Part shown: positions 48,235-58,034 of the stretch, in pieces
How positions within the stretch are numbered: the first letter of the stretch is position 1
Layout: each line of letters starts with the position of its first letter
NCBI GenBank assembly: GCA_963668675.2
Contig: CAXXMB010000002.1
Coordinates: forward strand, 960,001-1,024,000
Reading direction: 5' to 3'
DNA from: an uncultured Desulfatitalea sp.
Lineage (GTDB): Bacteria; Desulfobacterota; Desulfobacteria; Desulfobacterales; Desulfosarcinaceae
DNA: 64,000 nt
Program-made: the position numbers and the translations under genes
The notes under the pieces: model-generated
What the model was told of the DNA's origin: nothing
What the model saw: only the letters and a program-made list of their open reading frames with translations
The model's database searches: none

Positions 48235-49554
48235 ATGAAAGTACCGAAAATAGAGACCCGGTTGCCAGGGCCCAATGCCAAAAAATTCATTCGCCGCGAC
48301 AAAGCTCACGTATCTCCCTCCTACACACGCTATTACCCACTGGTAGTTGAAACGGCGCAAGGTCTATGGGTCACGGATATCGATGGAAACGTCTTTCTCG
48401 ACTTTACCGCCGGCATCGCCGTCTGTGCGACCGGCCATTGCCACCCTCGGGTGGTCGAAGCGATTCACCGGCAGGCGGATCGATTGCTTCACATGTCGGG
48501 AACCGATTTCTACTATACGCTTCAGATCGAGCTGGCCGAAAAGCTGGCCAAACTGGCCCCCGGCCGCTTCTCCAAAAAAGTCTACTTCGGTAATTCCGGT
48601 GCCGAAGCGGTGGAAGCCGCCTTTAAACTGGCGCGCTGGCACACCAAACGGGAGCTGAACATCGCTTTTTACGGCGCCTTTCACGGACGAACCATGGGCG
48701 CCCTGTCGTTGACGGCGAGCAAAACGATCCAGAAGAGAAACTATCATCCGTTCGTCCCCGGCATCACCCATATTCCCTACCCATACTGTTATCGGTGCCC
48801 CTACCAGTTGACCCACCCATCGTGCGATCTCTATTGCGTCAGATGGATCGAGGAGACGCTGTTCCGCACCTCATTGCCGCCGGAAGAAGTTGCCGCCATC
48901 ATCCTGGAGCCGATTCAGGGCGAAGGGGGCTATATTGTCCCGCCAAAAGATTTTCATAAGCGGCTTTACCGGATCGCTCAAAAGTACGAGATCCTGTATG
49001 TTGTCGATGAGGTTCAAAGCGGCATGGGAAGAACCGGCAAGCTATTTGCCATGAACCATTTTGGGGTGGCCCCGGACATTATGGCCCTTGCCAAGGGAAT
49101 CGCCTCCGGCATGCCCCTTGGCGCCATGGTGGCCCGAGCTGGCATTATGGACTGGGAAGCCGGTTCGCATGCGTCCACATTCGGGGGAAATCCGGTCTCC
49201 TGCGCCGCTGCGCTGGCCACCATTTCTCTTCTGGAGGAGGGGCTTGTTGAAAATGCTGCCGTTCAGGGCTCCCGTCTCATCGCCGGTCTGCGAAAGCTTC
49301 AAAAAGAGCATGAGGGGATGGGCGATGTTCGCGGAAAGGGCTTGATGGTGGCCGTCGAGATGGTGAAGGACCGGGAGACCAAGGAGCCGGACCCGCAGAC
49401 ACGGGATGCCATCATACAGAGTGCGTTTCAAAAGGGGATGCTTCTGTTGGGTTGCGGCCACAACAGCATTCGGTTCAGCCCCGCCCTTACCGTTTCCACA
49501 GAAGAGATCGACTTGTGTCTGACGATCTTCGAAGAAGCATTGAATGGCAGATAA
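48235..49554 (+). CDS. Class III PLP-dependent aminotransferase (4-aminobutyrate/ornithine/lysine type)
   Basis: NSGAEAVEAA, FHGRT, EPIQGEGGY, DEVQSGMGRTG, AKGIASG, STFGGNP. Confidence 0.93.
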   Translation: MKVPKIETRLPGPNAKKFIRRDKAHVSPSYTRYYPLVVETAQGLWVTDIDGNVFLDFTAGIAVCATGHCHPRVVEAIHRQADRLLHMSGTDFYYTLQIELAEKLAKLAPGRFSKKVYFGNSGAEAVEAAFKLARWHTKRELNIAFYGAFHGRTMGALSLTASKTIQKRNYHPFVPGITHIPYPYCYRCPYQLTHPSCDLYCVRWIEETLFRTSLPPEEVAAIILEPIQGEGGYIVPPKDFHKRLYRIAQKYEILYVVDEVQSGMGRTGKLFAMNHFGVAPDIMALAKGIASGMPLGAMVARAGIMDWEAGSHASTFGGNPVSCAAALATISLLEEGLVENAAVQGSRLIAGLRKLQKEHEGMGDVRGKGLMVAVEMVKDRETKEPDPQTRDAIIQSAFQKGMLLLGCGHNSIRFSPALTVSTEEIDLCLTIFEEALNGR

Positions 49555-49630
49555 GAGATCATATCGCCCGGGATTATCGTGCGTATGAGGACGCAATGTC
49601 GCTAACTGAGGATTTCTTCGTTAATGCTTC

Positions 49631-49722
49631 GGGCGGGGATAAACCCCGCGCCTACACGACTGAGGTATGACAACAATAGGTATTTACGATGAATTTTTCG
49701 CAGGGCGGGCTTTATGCCCTAC
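49631..49722. repeat. Inverted pair of GTAG-type REP-like palindromes
   Basis: GGGCGGGGATAAACCCCGCGCCTAC ... GCAGGGCGGGCTTTATGCCCTAC; related to 33370-33394. Confidence 0.55.
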
Positions 49723-49768
49723 CACGGCGGCCGCTTAGGTTAATGACACTGTATTAGGACTTATAGCT

Positions 49769-51313
49769 ATGGAGAAAGTCATGGCACACTCTATCATTCA
49801 ATCATTGGGCTTGGAGGACGTTCAGCAAGGGGCGGGCACCGGCACCATGCTCAACTGCCGGGGGACGCTGCTCAAGAGCATATCACCGATCGATGGCGAG
49901 TGTATCGGCACGATTCGCTGCGCCACTCAAGACACCTATGACCGAACTGTTGCCGCTGCGGCCGAGGCCTTTAAAACGTGGCGGATGGTACCGGCTCCCA
50001 AACGGGGAGATATTGTCCGCCAAATCGGTATTGCCGTGCGGGAGAAAAAAAGCGAATTGGGCGCGCTCGCCAGTCTTGAAGTCGGGAAAATCCGTGCGGA
50101 GGGCGAAGGTGAGGTTCAGGAGATGATCGACATTGCCGATTTCGCCGTCGGGCAGTCGCGAATGCTCTATGGTCTTACGATGCACAGCGAGCGGCCTTCC
50201 CACCGCATGTATGAGCAGTGGCACCCATTGGGTCCGGTGGGCGTCATTACCGCCTTTAACTTCCCGGTGGCGGTGTGGTCATGGAATGCCATGATTGGCC
50301 TCATCTGCGGCGACACGATCATTTGGAAACCCTCTTTCAAAGCACCTCTCACGGCGCTTGCCATCATGAAAATCGCCTGGCGCGTGTTAAAAGAGAACAG
50401 CATGCCGGACGGTGTGTTGAATATCGTCATCGGCAGTCGAAATCGCGTCGGGAGCCGGTTGGTGGCCGACCGGCGGGTGCCGCTTATCTCCGCCACAGGC
50501 AGCGTGGCCATGGGCAGAGCGGTCGCCCAAAAGGTCGGCGCCCGGCTCGGGAAAACGATATTGGAGTTGGGCGGCAACAATGCGGTTATCGTAGCGCCCT
50601 CTGCGGATTTGAAAACCGCCGTTCAGGCGATTGTGTTCGGTGCGGTGGGCACCGCCGGCCAGCGGTGCACCACAACGCGAAGAGTCATTGCACACCAAAG
50701 CATCTACGCCTCGCTCAAAAAGGCGCTGGTCAAGGCTTACAAACAGGTCTCCATCGGAGATCCATTGGCGGAAGGCATTCTCATGGGACCGCTCATCGAC
50801 AGAAAGGCGGTCGACAACATGCAGGCCGCATTGAAAGAAGCGGTTAGGCAGGGCGGCAAAATTCTCCATGGCGGAAAGATTCTCTCCGGTGGTCTTTACG
50901 ATACGGGAACCTATGTCACTCCCTGCATCTGCGAAATTGCACCCGACCGCCCGATTGTTCGGCAAGAGACGTTTGCACCGATACTGTATCTATCCAAATA
51001 TCGAAAAATCGAAGAGGCTGTCTTCTATCAAAACGATGTTCCCCAGGGTCTCTCGTCTTCTCTGTTCACCACCGACATGAAAGAGTCCGAGCTGTTTCTC
51101 AGCCACCAAGGAAGCGATTGCGGCCTTGCCAACGTCAATATGGGGACCTCTGGCGCTGAGATCGGCGGCGCGTTCGGGGGTGAAAAGGATACCGGCGGAG
51201 GGCGGGAGTCCGGTTCCGACGTCTGGAAGGCCTACATGCGGCGTCAGACCAACACCATCAACTGGTCTGATGAACTGCCCCTCGCACAGGGGATACGGTT
51301 TGATATAGAATGA
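49769..51313 (+). CDS. Aldehyde dehydrogenase family 7 (antiquitin / piperideine-6-carboxylate dehydrogenase-like)
   Basis: SERPSHRMYEQWHPLG, AFNFPVAV, ELGGNNA, GTAGQRCTT, SGAEIGGAFGGEK, LPLAQGI. Confidence 0.92.
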   Translation: MEKVMAHSIIQSLGLEDVQQGAGTGTMLNCRGTLLKSISPIDGECIGTIRCATQDTYDRTVAAAAEAFKTWRMVPAPKRGDIVRQIGIAVREKKSELGALASLEVGKIRAEGEGEVQEMIDIADFAVGQSRMLYGLTMHSERPSHRMYEQWHPLGPVGVITAFNFPVAVWSWNAMIGLICGDTIIWKPSFKAPLTALAIMKIAWRVLKENSMPDGVLNIVIGSRNRVGSRLVADRRVPLISATGSVAMGRAVAQKVGARLGKTILELGGNNAVIVAPSADLKTAVQAIVFGAVGTAGQRCTTTRRVIAHQSIYASLKKALVKAYKQVSIGDPLAEGILMGPLIDRKAVDNMQAALKEAVRQGGKILHGGKILSGGLYDTGTYVTPCICEIAPDRPIVRQETFAPILYLSKYRKIEEAVFYQNDVPQGLSSSLFTTDMKESELFLSHQGSDCGLANVNMGTSGAEIGGAFGGEKDTGGGRESGSDVWKAYMRRQTNTINWSDELPLAQGIRFDIE

Positions 51314-51474
51314 TTCGGTTCCTTATTCGAATTTCCACTCTTATTTTCAATGTTGTATTGGATTCGAAAAAAATGATTTACCCCGCATCCTGTGACCAGT
51401 AAGATACGGAAAAAAATTATTTGGACAGCCAATGATGCTGCTCTGAACACTGGTCTGCCATCAGGAGCGCCGCC

Positions 51475-52653
51475 ATCACACATCAATCCCCGATAAGCAA
51501 CCGTTCCGCCCTCCGCCTCCAGCTCAGCGTCTTCGCCCTCGTCTCAGCGGCCTTTACCAACATCTACATCACCCAACCGGTACTGCCGGTGCTGCAGTCC
51601 GAATTCGGCACCGATATGGTGACGGCCTCGTTGAGCGTCTCGGCGGTCATCCTGGGCATTGCGTTGCTCAACCTGCCGTTCGGTTTTCTGGCCGACCGTC
51701 TGCCCATCCGGCCGATCATCCTGGCCGGCGGCCTGGCCGTGGCCGCAGGGGGGCTGGTCTGCGCCGTCACCCACCAGTTCTGGCTGCTCATCGCCGCACG
51801 CTTCATCCAGGGATGCTTCATCCCGGCACTGACCACCTGCCTGGCCGCCTATCTGGCCAAAACCCTGCCGGCCGAGCGGCTCAATGTGGTCATGGGCTCC
51901 TATGTGTCGGCCACCGTTCTCGGAGGGCTGGGGAGCCGACTGCTCGGCGGCCTGATCCATCCGCCGCTGCACTGGCGCTACGCCTTTGTCTCGGCAGCCG
52001 CACTCACCCTCTTCGCGGTCTGGAGCGCTTTGAAGGGGCTGCCCGACATCGACCGCGATCAATCGGCTCAAACGTCCCGGCAGCGCCTCAGCTATTGGTC
52101 GCTCCTGAAGCGTTGGGAGCTGCTGCGCATCTATCTGTGCGCCGCCGGTGCTTTTGCGGTCTTCTCCTCTCTCTTCAACTACCTGCCCTTCCGGCTGGCC
52201 GCCCCCCCTTTCGGTTTATCCACCGAAGCAACCACCCTGCTCTACCTGGTCTATATCATGGGCATCTTCATGGGTCCCATAGCCGGCCAAATGAGCAATC
52301 GCTTCGGCGGCGGCACGACACTGGTCGGCGGCGCCCTCATCTTCGGCGCCTCGATTTTGATCGTCAGAGGAGACACCATTGCCGCCGTGATCTTGGGGCT
52401 GATCGGAATTTGCACCGGATTTTTTGCCATTCACGCCGCCGCCGTAGGCGCACTGAATCGAAAGCTGACCGAAGGCCAAGGCCAGGCCAACGCCCTCTAT
52501 GTCCTCTTTTACTACGTGGGCGGATGGATCGGCATCGGCGGCATCGGCTTGACCTATAAACACGGCGGATGGAATTGCGTCGTCTACACCTGCCTTGCCG
52601 TCTTGCTCATACCATTGATGGCCGGCATTCTGGAAAGGAGAAGCAAAAGCTGA
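51475..52653 (+). CDS. MFS transporter (YnfM-like); apparent ATC start
   Basis: FTNIYITQPVLP TM1 motif lies upstream of the ORF-track start; GFLADR, FNYLPFRL..PPF, ANALY..FYY.GG; AGGAG (51463-51467) + in-frame ATC 51475. Confidence 0.8.
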   Translation: MTHQSPISNRSALRLQLSVFALVSAAFTNIYITQPVLPVLQSEFGTDMVTASLSVSAVILGIALLNLPFGFLADRLPIRPIILAGGLAVAAGGLVCAVTHQFWLLIAARFIQGCFIPALTTCLAAYLAKTLPAERLNVVMGSYVSATVLGGLGSRLLGGLIHPPLHWRYAFVSAAALTLFAVWSALKGLPDIDRDQSAQTSRQRLSYWSLLKRWELLRIYLCAAGAFAVFSSLFNYLPFRLAAPPFGLSTEATTLLYLVYIMGIFMGPIAGQMSNRFGGGTTLVGGALIFGASILIVRGDTIAAVILGLIGICTGFFAIHAAAVGALNRKLTEGQGQANALYVLFYYVGGWIGIGGIGLTYKHGGWNCVVYTCLAVLLIPLMAGILERRSKS

Positions 52654-52656
52654 ATC

Positions 52657-53499
52657 ATGAAACGATCTGATGATTATGAAAAGCACCTCAAGCAGCATTA
52701 CCAGCGCCCCCATTTAAGCGACATCATTTCGAAAGCGCTAAAGGATGCCGGAAAAACCGTCACCTCCTACAAAGATACGGCCGCCCTGGACGAATTTCAC
52801 ATTCGCGGCCGTGAGGCCACACGCGAGTTGGCCCGCCTGGCAGATCTGACGCCCGGCACTGCCGTTCTGGATCTGGGATGCGCCCTGGGTGGGCCTGCCC
52901 GGCTGCTGGCCGCCGAGTTCGACTGCTGCGTCACCGGCCTCGACGTGATGGAGGAGTATATCGAGGCCGCCAAGATGCTCACCCGGATGGTCGGCCTGAC
53001 CGATCGCGTCGATTTTCAGGCCGGCAACATGCTGGGGATGCCGTTTGACGATGAAAGCTTCGATGCGGTCTGGTCCCAACACACCTTCATGAACATCGAA
53101 GACAAAGCGCACCTCTTTGGAGAGATTCGCCGCGTCCTTCGCCCCGGCGGGCGGCTGATCTTCAATGAAGTAGTGAGCGGCAGCCAATCGCCGGTGCACT
53201 ATCCGGTGCAGTGGGCCAGCGACGCTGCCATCGACTTCCTGGTTCCTGAAGCCCAAATGGTCGAACGGCTCGAAACCGCGGGATTTGAAAAGATATATTG
53301 GCAGGACGTAACACCGGTGTGCGCGCAGTGGTTCCAATCGGTGGTCGAGCGCATGGGACAGCGCGCCAAGAATGCCCCCCCGCCCGTCGCACTCAACCTG
53401 GTGATCGGCAGCACCACGGCCGAGAAGGCCAAAAACACCTCCCGCAACCTGAAAGAGGGGCGGATACGCGTAGTGTACGGGGTGTGGCGGGTTCTATAA
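52657..53499 (+). CDS. Class I SAM-dependent methyltransferase
   Basis: DEFHIRGREAT, VLDLGCALGGPAR, PFDDESFD, RVLRPGG. Confidence 0.88.
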   Translation: MKRSDDYEKHLKQHYQRPHLSDIISKALKDAGKTVTSYKDTAALDEFHIRGREATRELARLADLTPGTAVLDLGCALGGPARLLAAEFDCCVTGLDVMEEYIEAAKMLTRMVGLTDRVDFQAGNMLGMPFDDESFDAVWSQHTFMNIEDKAHLFGEIRRVLRPGGRLIFNEVVSGSQSPVHYPVQWASDAAIDFLVPEAQMVERLETAGFEKIYWQDVTPVCAQWFQSVVERMGQRAKNAPPPVALNLVIGSTTAEKAKNTSRNLKEGRIRVVYGVWRVL

Positions 53500-54927
53500 A
53501 ACCGGTTCCAGCAAACTGACCGCCTTGACGGCGAACTTGAAGAAGATCGAGCGGCCGGTGTAGTCCTCCAGCTTCACTGCCCGGCTGCGTGCCATGTCGG
53601 CCAGCAGCATCGCCTCGACCTCCTTGACGAACGTCTCGTGGTAGTTGACCAGGGTCACCTCGAAATTGAGGCGGAACGATCGGTTGTCCAGGTTGGCCGT
53701 ACCGACGGCGGCGCACTCGGCGTCCACCAAAAAAACCTTCTGGTGCATGAAGCCTTCGCTGTAACGGAAAATGCGGATGCCGAGCGGAAGCAGCCGGTCG
53801 TAGTGGGCGAAGGATGCCAGGTGCATCAAACGATGATCGGGCTTGCCGGGCAAGATGATCCGCACGTCCACGCCACGCAGAACAGCCAGCTTCATGGCGG
53901 CCAGTATCTTATCGTCGGGCACAAAGTAGGGGGTCGCTATCCAGATGCGCACCTTGGCTGAATGGATCGCATGCACAAACATCAGGCCACAGGTCTCCAG
54001 ACTGTCGGCCGGGCCGGAAGGGATCACCAGAACCTTATCCCCCCCATCGGCGGTTCGTTGCAACGTCCATTCAAGTTCGGGGATGGCACCGGTGGCCCAG
54101 CACCAATCTTCGATAAAGGCAAACTGCAGCGCGAGGACACCCGGCCCTTGTACTTCCACATGGGTGTCGCGCCAGGCGCCGAATTTTTTATGGGCGGAGA
54201 TGTATTCGTCCCCCACATTGTGCCCGCCCACATAGCCGACAGTGCCGTCGACAATTACGATTTTACGATGATTGCGAAAATTGATTTGAAACCGGTTGGC
54301 CTTGCCCCTGGTGGAGTGAAACGCCGATACGGCCACACCGGCATTGCGCAACTCGCTGAGATAGCTCTGGGGAAGATCGTGACTGCCGATTTCGTCGTAG
54401 AGGAAATAGACGTCGATACCTTCCCGGGCTTTGCGGACCATTCGCGCTTTGAGTTCACGCCCGAGTCCGTCGTCACGAACGATGTAGAACTGCACCAGAA
54501 CAAAACGGGCGGCTGCGTCCATGCTTGCGAAGATCTGTTCGAAAGTGGCTTTGCCATCGACAAGCAGCCGGCACCGGTTGTGGCGGGTGACCGGCAGTTG
54601 GGCCAGATTCACAAGTGTCTGCTGGTTTGCCGTCATCGAAACGGGAAACACATCCTTTTCGGCGCCCTCTTGCCGGAGAGCTTCCAGGATATGGGCCGTG
54701 GCACCGCTCTGGGCATGACGCATGGTCACATAGCCGTTGAACTTATTTCTTCCAAAAATGGCGTAGAGAATCAGTGTGATCCACGGAAAGGTCACCAGCG
54801 CAATGGCCCAGGCGATGGCGCCCTGGGATGTCCGGGCCTTTGCCACCGCGTGCACGGCGGCGATGATCCCCAGGATCTCCACCGCCAGGATCACAAACGG
54901 GATCAACGGAATAAGATAGGTTTCCAT
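53494..54927 (-). CDS. cls: Cardiolipin synthase
   Basis: Two HKD motifs (NHRKIVIVDG, MHQKVFLVD), N-terminal TMs, ANLDNRSFRLNFE. Confidence 0.94.
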   Translation of the reverse strand: METYLIPLIPFVILAVEILGIIAAVHAVAKARTSQGAIAWAIALVTFPWITLILYAIFGRNKFNGYVTMRHAQSGATAHILEALRQEGAEKDVFPVSMTANQQTLVNLAQLPVTRHNRCRLLVDGKATFEQIFASMDAAARFVLVQFYIVRDDGLGRELKARMVRKAREGIDVYFLYDEIGSHDLPQSYLSELRNAGVAVSAFHSTRGKANRFQINFRNHRKIVIVDGTVGYVGGHNVGDEYISAHKKFGAWRDTHVEVQGPGVLALQFAFIEDWCWATGAIPELEWTLQRTADGGDKVLVIPSGPADSLETCGLMFVHAIHSAKVRIWIATPYFVPDDKILAAMKLAVLRGVDVRIILPGKPDHRLMHLASFAHYDRLLPLGIRIFRYSEGFMHQKVFLVDAECAAVGTANLDNRSFRLNFEVTLVNYHETFVKEVEAMLLADMARSRAVKLEDYTGRSIFFKFAVKAVSLLEPVL

Positions 54928-54967
54928 ATGTGTGACCGGCTCAGACCTGCAAGGTGAGACCCTGCTT

Positions 54968-55210
54968 CTATTTCCCTTTGATCTGCTCGAATGGCTTTCC
55001 TTCGTCCTTGCCCACGTACTTTACCACACCGGTGGTCGTATCGATAACAAAGATATCGGTGAAGTTGTTCCGGATGGTCACCGACATGCGATAGCGCCCC
55101 ACTTGATCCTTCTGCGTATGGGCCGCCCCGGCAAACAGGACCAGCGCCATCAGGATAAAAACAGCCGCTAAAACATGATAGTTATGCTTTTTGAAAAGTG
55201 TGGTGTTCAT
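54968..55210 (-). CDS. Small secreted/membrane hypothetical protein
   Basis: AGGAGG RBS, hydrophobic N-terminus, VGRY...FVIDTTTG. Confidence 0.6.
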   Translation of the reverse strand: MNTTLFKKHNYHVLAAVFILMALVLFAGAAHTQKDQVGRYRMSVTIRNNFTDIFVIDTTTGVVKYVGKDEGKPFEQIKGK

Positions 55211-55366
55211 TGCCTGCCTCCCTTTTCCCTCATTTTCTATATTGGATCAATGGTATTGCAATGGCCGCAAAAGGCAAGTGTTTCACATCTTCGCCGTTTG
55301 CCAAATGCCGGATTTATGGTTAAATGCGACGTGATTCCAGATGGCCACCAGCGCAGAGGACAGTGT

Positions 55367-57205
55367 ATGGAAACGAAAACCAGGGAGCAGCTCGTCACCG
55401 AAATCGTTGGGCTGCATGTAAAAATCACCATGCTCGAACAGCAGGTGCGGCAATCTGAAAATGACCGCCTATCGCTCGAAGAGAGTCAAAAACGCTACCA
55501 TACCGTGTTCGACAACACGGGTGCCGGCACCTTTGTCAAAGAGGACGACATGACCATCTCGATGGTCAACCAGGAGTTCGAGCGGCTCACCGGGTACAGT
55601 AAAACCGAGATCGAAGGGCGGATGAAGTGGACCGACTTCATCCATCCCGATGACCGGCCCCGTCTCATTCAATACCACACCGACCGGCGCCAGAGCCAAC
55701 CCGCCCCCACCGACCTGGAGTGCCGAATTGTGGATCGCCAGGGTACGGCCAAGGAGGTCTTCCTGAAACTCGACCTGATCCCCGATACCCAACGCACCAT
55801 CGGCTCCCTGGTCGATTTGAGCCAGCTCAAGCAGGCCCGCCGCCAGATGAGAGAGAGCGAAGCCCTCTTCCAGGCCATCGTCGAAGGCTTCGAGGGCTTT
55901 CTCTATGTGTGTGACGCAGACTACCGGCTCTCCTACCTCAACCCCCAGTGTCGGCAGCGGGTCGGATACGATGCGGTGGGTGAAATCTGCTACCGTGCCA
56001 TCCACCACCGAGAATCCGCCTGTCCGTTCTGCGTGCAGGATCAGGTGCAGCAGGGCCAGACCGTTCGCTTCGAAATGATCAACCCCAAGGATCGACGCTG
56101 GTACCTGAGCACCAACAGCCCGATCCACCATATCGACGGCAGGGTTTCGCTGCTCGCCATGGTGAGAGACATCAACAACCAGAAGAAGGCCGAAGCCGCG
56201 CTGCGGGCTGCTGAAATCGAAACCAAGAAGGAGAACATCTTCCTGCGCAGCCGCATCACCAAACGGCATAAATTCGGCGGGATCGTCGGCAAAAGCCCGG
56301 CCATGCAGCAGGTGTACGAACAGATCCTCAGTGCCGCCGCCACCGACGCCACCGTTATCATCTATGGCGAGCCGGGAACGGGCAAGGAGCTCGTCGCTCA
56401 GGCCATCCATGAGATGAGCGATCGGCGCAATCACCGCTTCGTGCCGGTCCATTGCGGGGCCATTCCGGAGAACCTGATCGAAAGCGAATTTTTCGGCTAT
56501 AAGAAGGGGGCCTTCTCCGGCGCCGACACCGATCGGGCCGGGTATGTCGATTTTGCCAACGGCGGCACCGTCTTTCTCGACGAGATCGGAGAGGTGAGCC
56601 TTCACATGCAGATCAAACTCCTGCGTGTGATCGAGGGGGCCGGATTCACACCGGTGGGCAGCAGCCAGGTCAAACAGTCCAACATCCGTATCATTGCCGC
56701 GACCAACCGCGATCTGCGCGAACGCATCACCAACGGTATGATGCGCGAAGATTTCTACTACCGCATCCACATCCTTCCCATCCACCTGCCACCTCTCAAG
56801 CATCGCAAGGAGGATCTGCCGCTGCTCATCGAGCATTTTCTCAAACTTTACGGTGACAAACAGAAGCCGCCTCCGCTGACCGACCGCATGCTCACCCGGC
56901 TCTCCAGCTACGACTGGCCGGGCAATATCCGTGAGCTGCAGAACGTGATCATCCGCTACTGTTCGCTGCAGGTCATCGATCTGAGCACCGTTCCGCCAAA
57001 ACGCATCGGCCCGAGGCCAGTGGGGACCGCTCGCTACGCGCCGGACCAGATCAAGGATCTCAAATCGATGCTGGCCGCCCATGAGCGGCTGCTCATCAGC
57101 CAGGCCCTGGAGCAACATCAGTGGCACCGCAGTAAGGTGGCCGTCCAATTGGGAATCGACCGTAAGACCCTCTTTTCGAAGATGAAGCGCTATGGACTGG
57201 GATAG
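55367..57205 (+). CDS. PAS-PAS sigma54-dependent activator (NtrC-type AAA+, Fis HTH)
   Basis: Two PAS domains, GEPGTGKE, ESEFFG, GAFSGA, FLDEIGE, ATNRDL, WPGNIREL, LGIDRKTL; start METKTR. Confidence 0.93.
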   Translation: METKTREQLVTEIVGLHVKITMLEQQVRQSENDRLSLEESQKRYHTVFDNTGAGTFVKEDDMTISMVNQEFERLTGYSKTEIEGRMKWTDFIHPDDRPRLIQYHTDRRQSQPAPTDLECRIVDRQGTAKEVFLKLDLIPDTQRTIGSLVDLSQLKQARRQMRESEALFQAIVEGFEGFLYVCDADYRLSYLNPQCRQRVGYDAVGEICYRAIHHRESACPFCVQDQVQQGQTVRFEMINPKDRRWYLSTNSPIHHIDGRVSLLAMVRDINNQKKAEAALRAAEIETKKENIFLRSRITKRHKFGGIVGKSPAMQQVYEQILSAAATDATVIIYGEPGTGKELVAQAIHEMSDRRNHRFVPVHCGAIPENLIESEFFGYKKGAFSGADTDRAGYVDFANGGTVFLDEIGEVSLHMQIKLLRVIEGAGFTPVGSSQVKQSNIRIIAATNRDLRERITNGMMREDFYYRIHILPIHLPPLKHRKEDLPLLIEHFLKLYGDKQKPPPLTDRMLTRLSSYDWPGNIRELQNVIIRYCSLQVIDLSTVPPKRIGPRPVGTARYAPDQIKDLKSMLAAHERLLISQALEQHQWHRSKVAVQLGIDRKTLFSKMKRYGLG

Positions 57206-57424
57206 AATTCATCAAAATATCGGCGCAAACCACAATCGGGGCCAAAACACCCCATTTATGGGAAATTTATCCTGATATAATATAACCGTTCGTCATTTAT
57301 ATTATTTTTAATTTTTATGCCCTAATTATGGGGTTTTTTCGCCCACCCAATACATCCTCCGCTCCACCAACAGTATCAATATTTTCAATTTTATATCAAT
57401 TATTTAATTCAAATCATCGGTTCT

Positions 57425-57440
57425 TGGCATGGAACTTGGA
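57425..57440 (+). promoter_or_regulatory. Putative sigma54 (-24/-12) promoter for the hydrogenase/hdr operon
   Basis: TGGCATGGAACTTGGA: correct spacing, but -12 reads GG instead of GC; AT-rich upstream region; adjacent sigma54 activator gene. Confidence 0.55.
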
Positions 57441-57500
57441 TTATGGAATCGCCTGTTCACGAAACATGCTTTGCACTTTTTGCACAAATGGAATATTTCG

Positions 57501-58034
57501 ATGTTTGAAACCGGCTCACACCTGACAAAAGAGTGCCTGATTTTCGGGTGCGGCAATCCGCTCTTCGGAGACGACGGATTCGGCGCCCGGGTCATCGAGC
57601 ACCTCCTTGCCCACCACAAGTTGCCCCGGCACGTGGCTTGCCTGGACATCGGCACCGCCGTCCGCGACCTGCTGTTTGACATCCTCCTTTCCCCCTCAAA
57701 ACCAAGACAGATCGTGATCGTGGATGCCATGGATGTAGAGGGCGGGGTGCCGGGGCAACTTTCCGAAATAGATATATCCCAAATCCATCCGGCGAAAATT
57801 GTCGACTTTTCCCTACACCAGTTCCCCACGACCAACATGCTCAAAGAGATTCAGGAGGGCACCCATATCGAGGTGCGTGTCCTTGTGGTGCATCCCACCG
57901 AGCTTCCGCCGGAGATCCGACCTGGATTGTCCCCGGCCGTGACGGCGGCAGTACCGGAGATGTGCCGACGGATCATGAATATCGTGTCCCGAGCCGATTT
58001 GGCAGAACCGATCCAAGAAGGAGAAACCCAATGA
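57501..58034 (+). CDS. [NiFe]-hydrogenase maturation protease
   Basis: [32 protein letters not shown]. Confidence 0.9.
   Translation: MFETGSHLTKECLIFGCGNPLFGDDGFGARVIEHLLAHHKLPRHVACLDIGTAVRDLLFDILLSPSKPRQIVIVDAMDVEGGVPGQLSEIDISQIHPAKIVDFSLHQFPTTNMLKEIQEGTHIEVRVLVVHPTELPPEIRPGLSPAVTAAVPEMCRRIMNIVSRADLAEPIQEGETQ

Noticed and set aside
55469..57148. Long antisense ORFs (e.g. 559 aa here; also 10972-12264, 27513-28709, 59465-60589, 4527-5537)
   Set aside because: They mirror well-supported genes on the opposite strand, an expected artefact of GC-rich codon usage, and have no motifs
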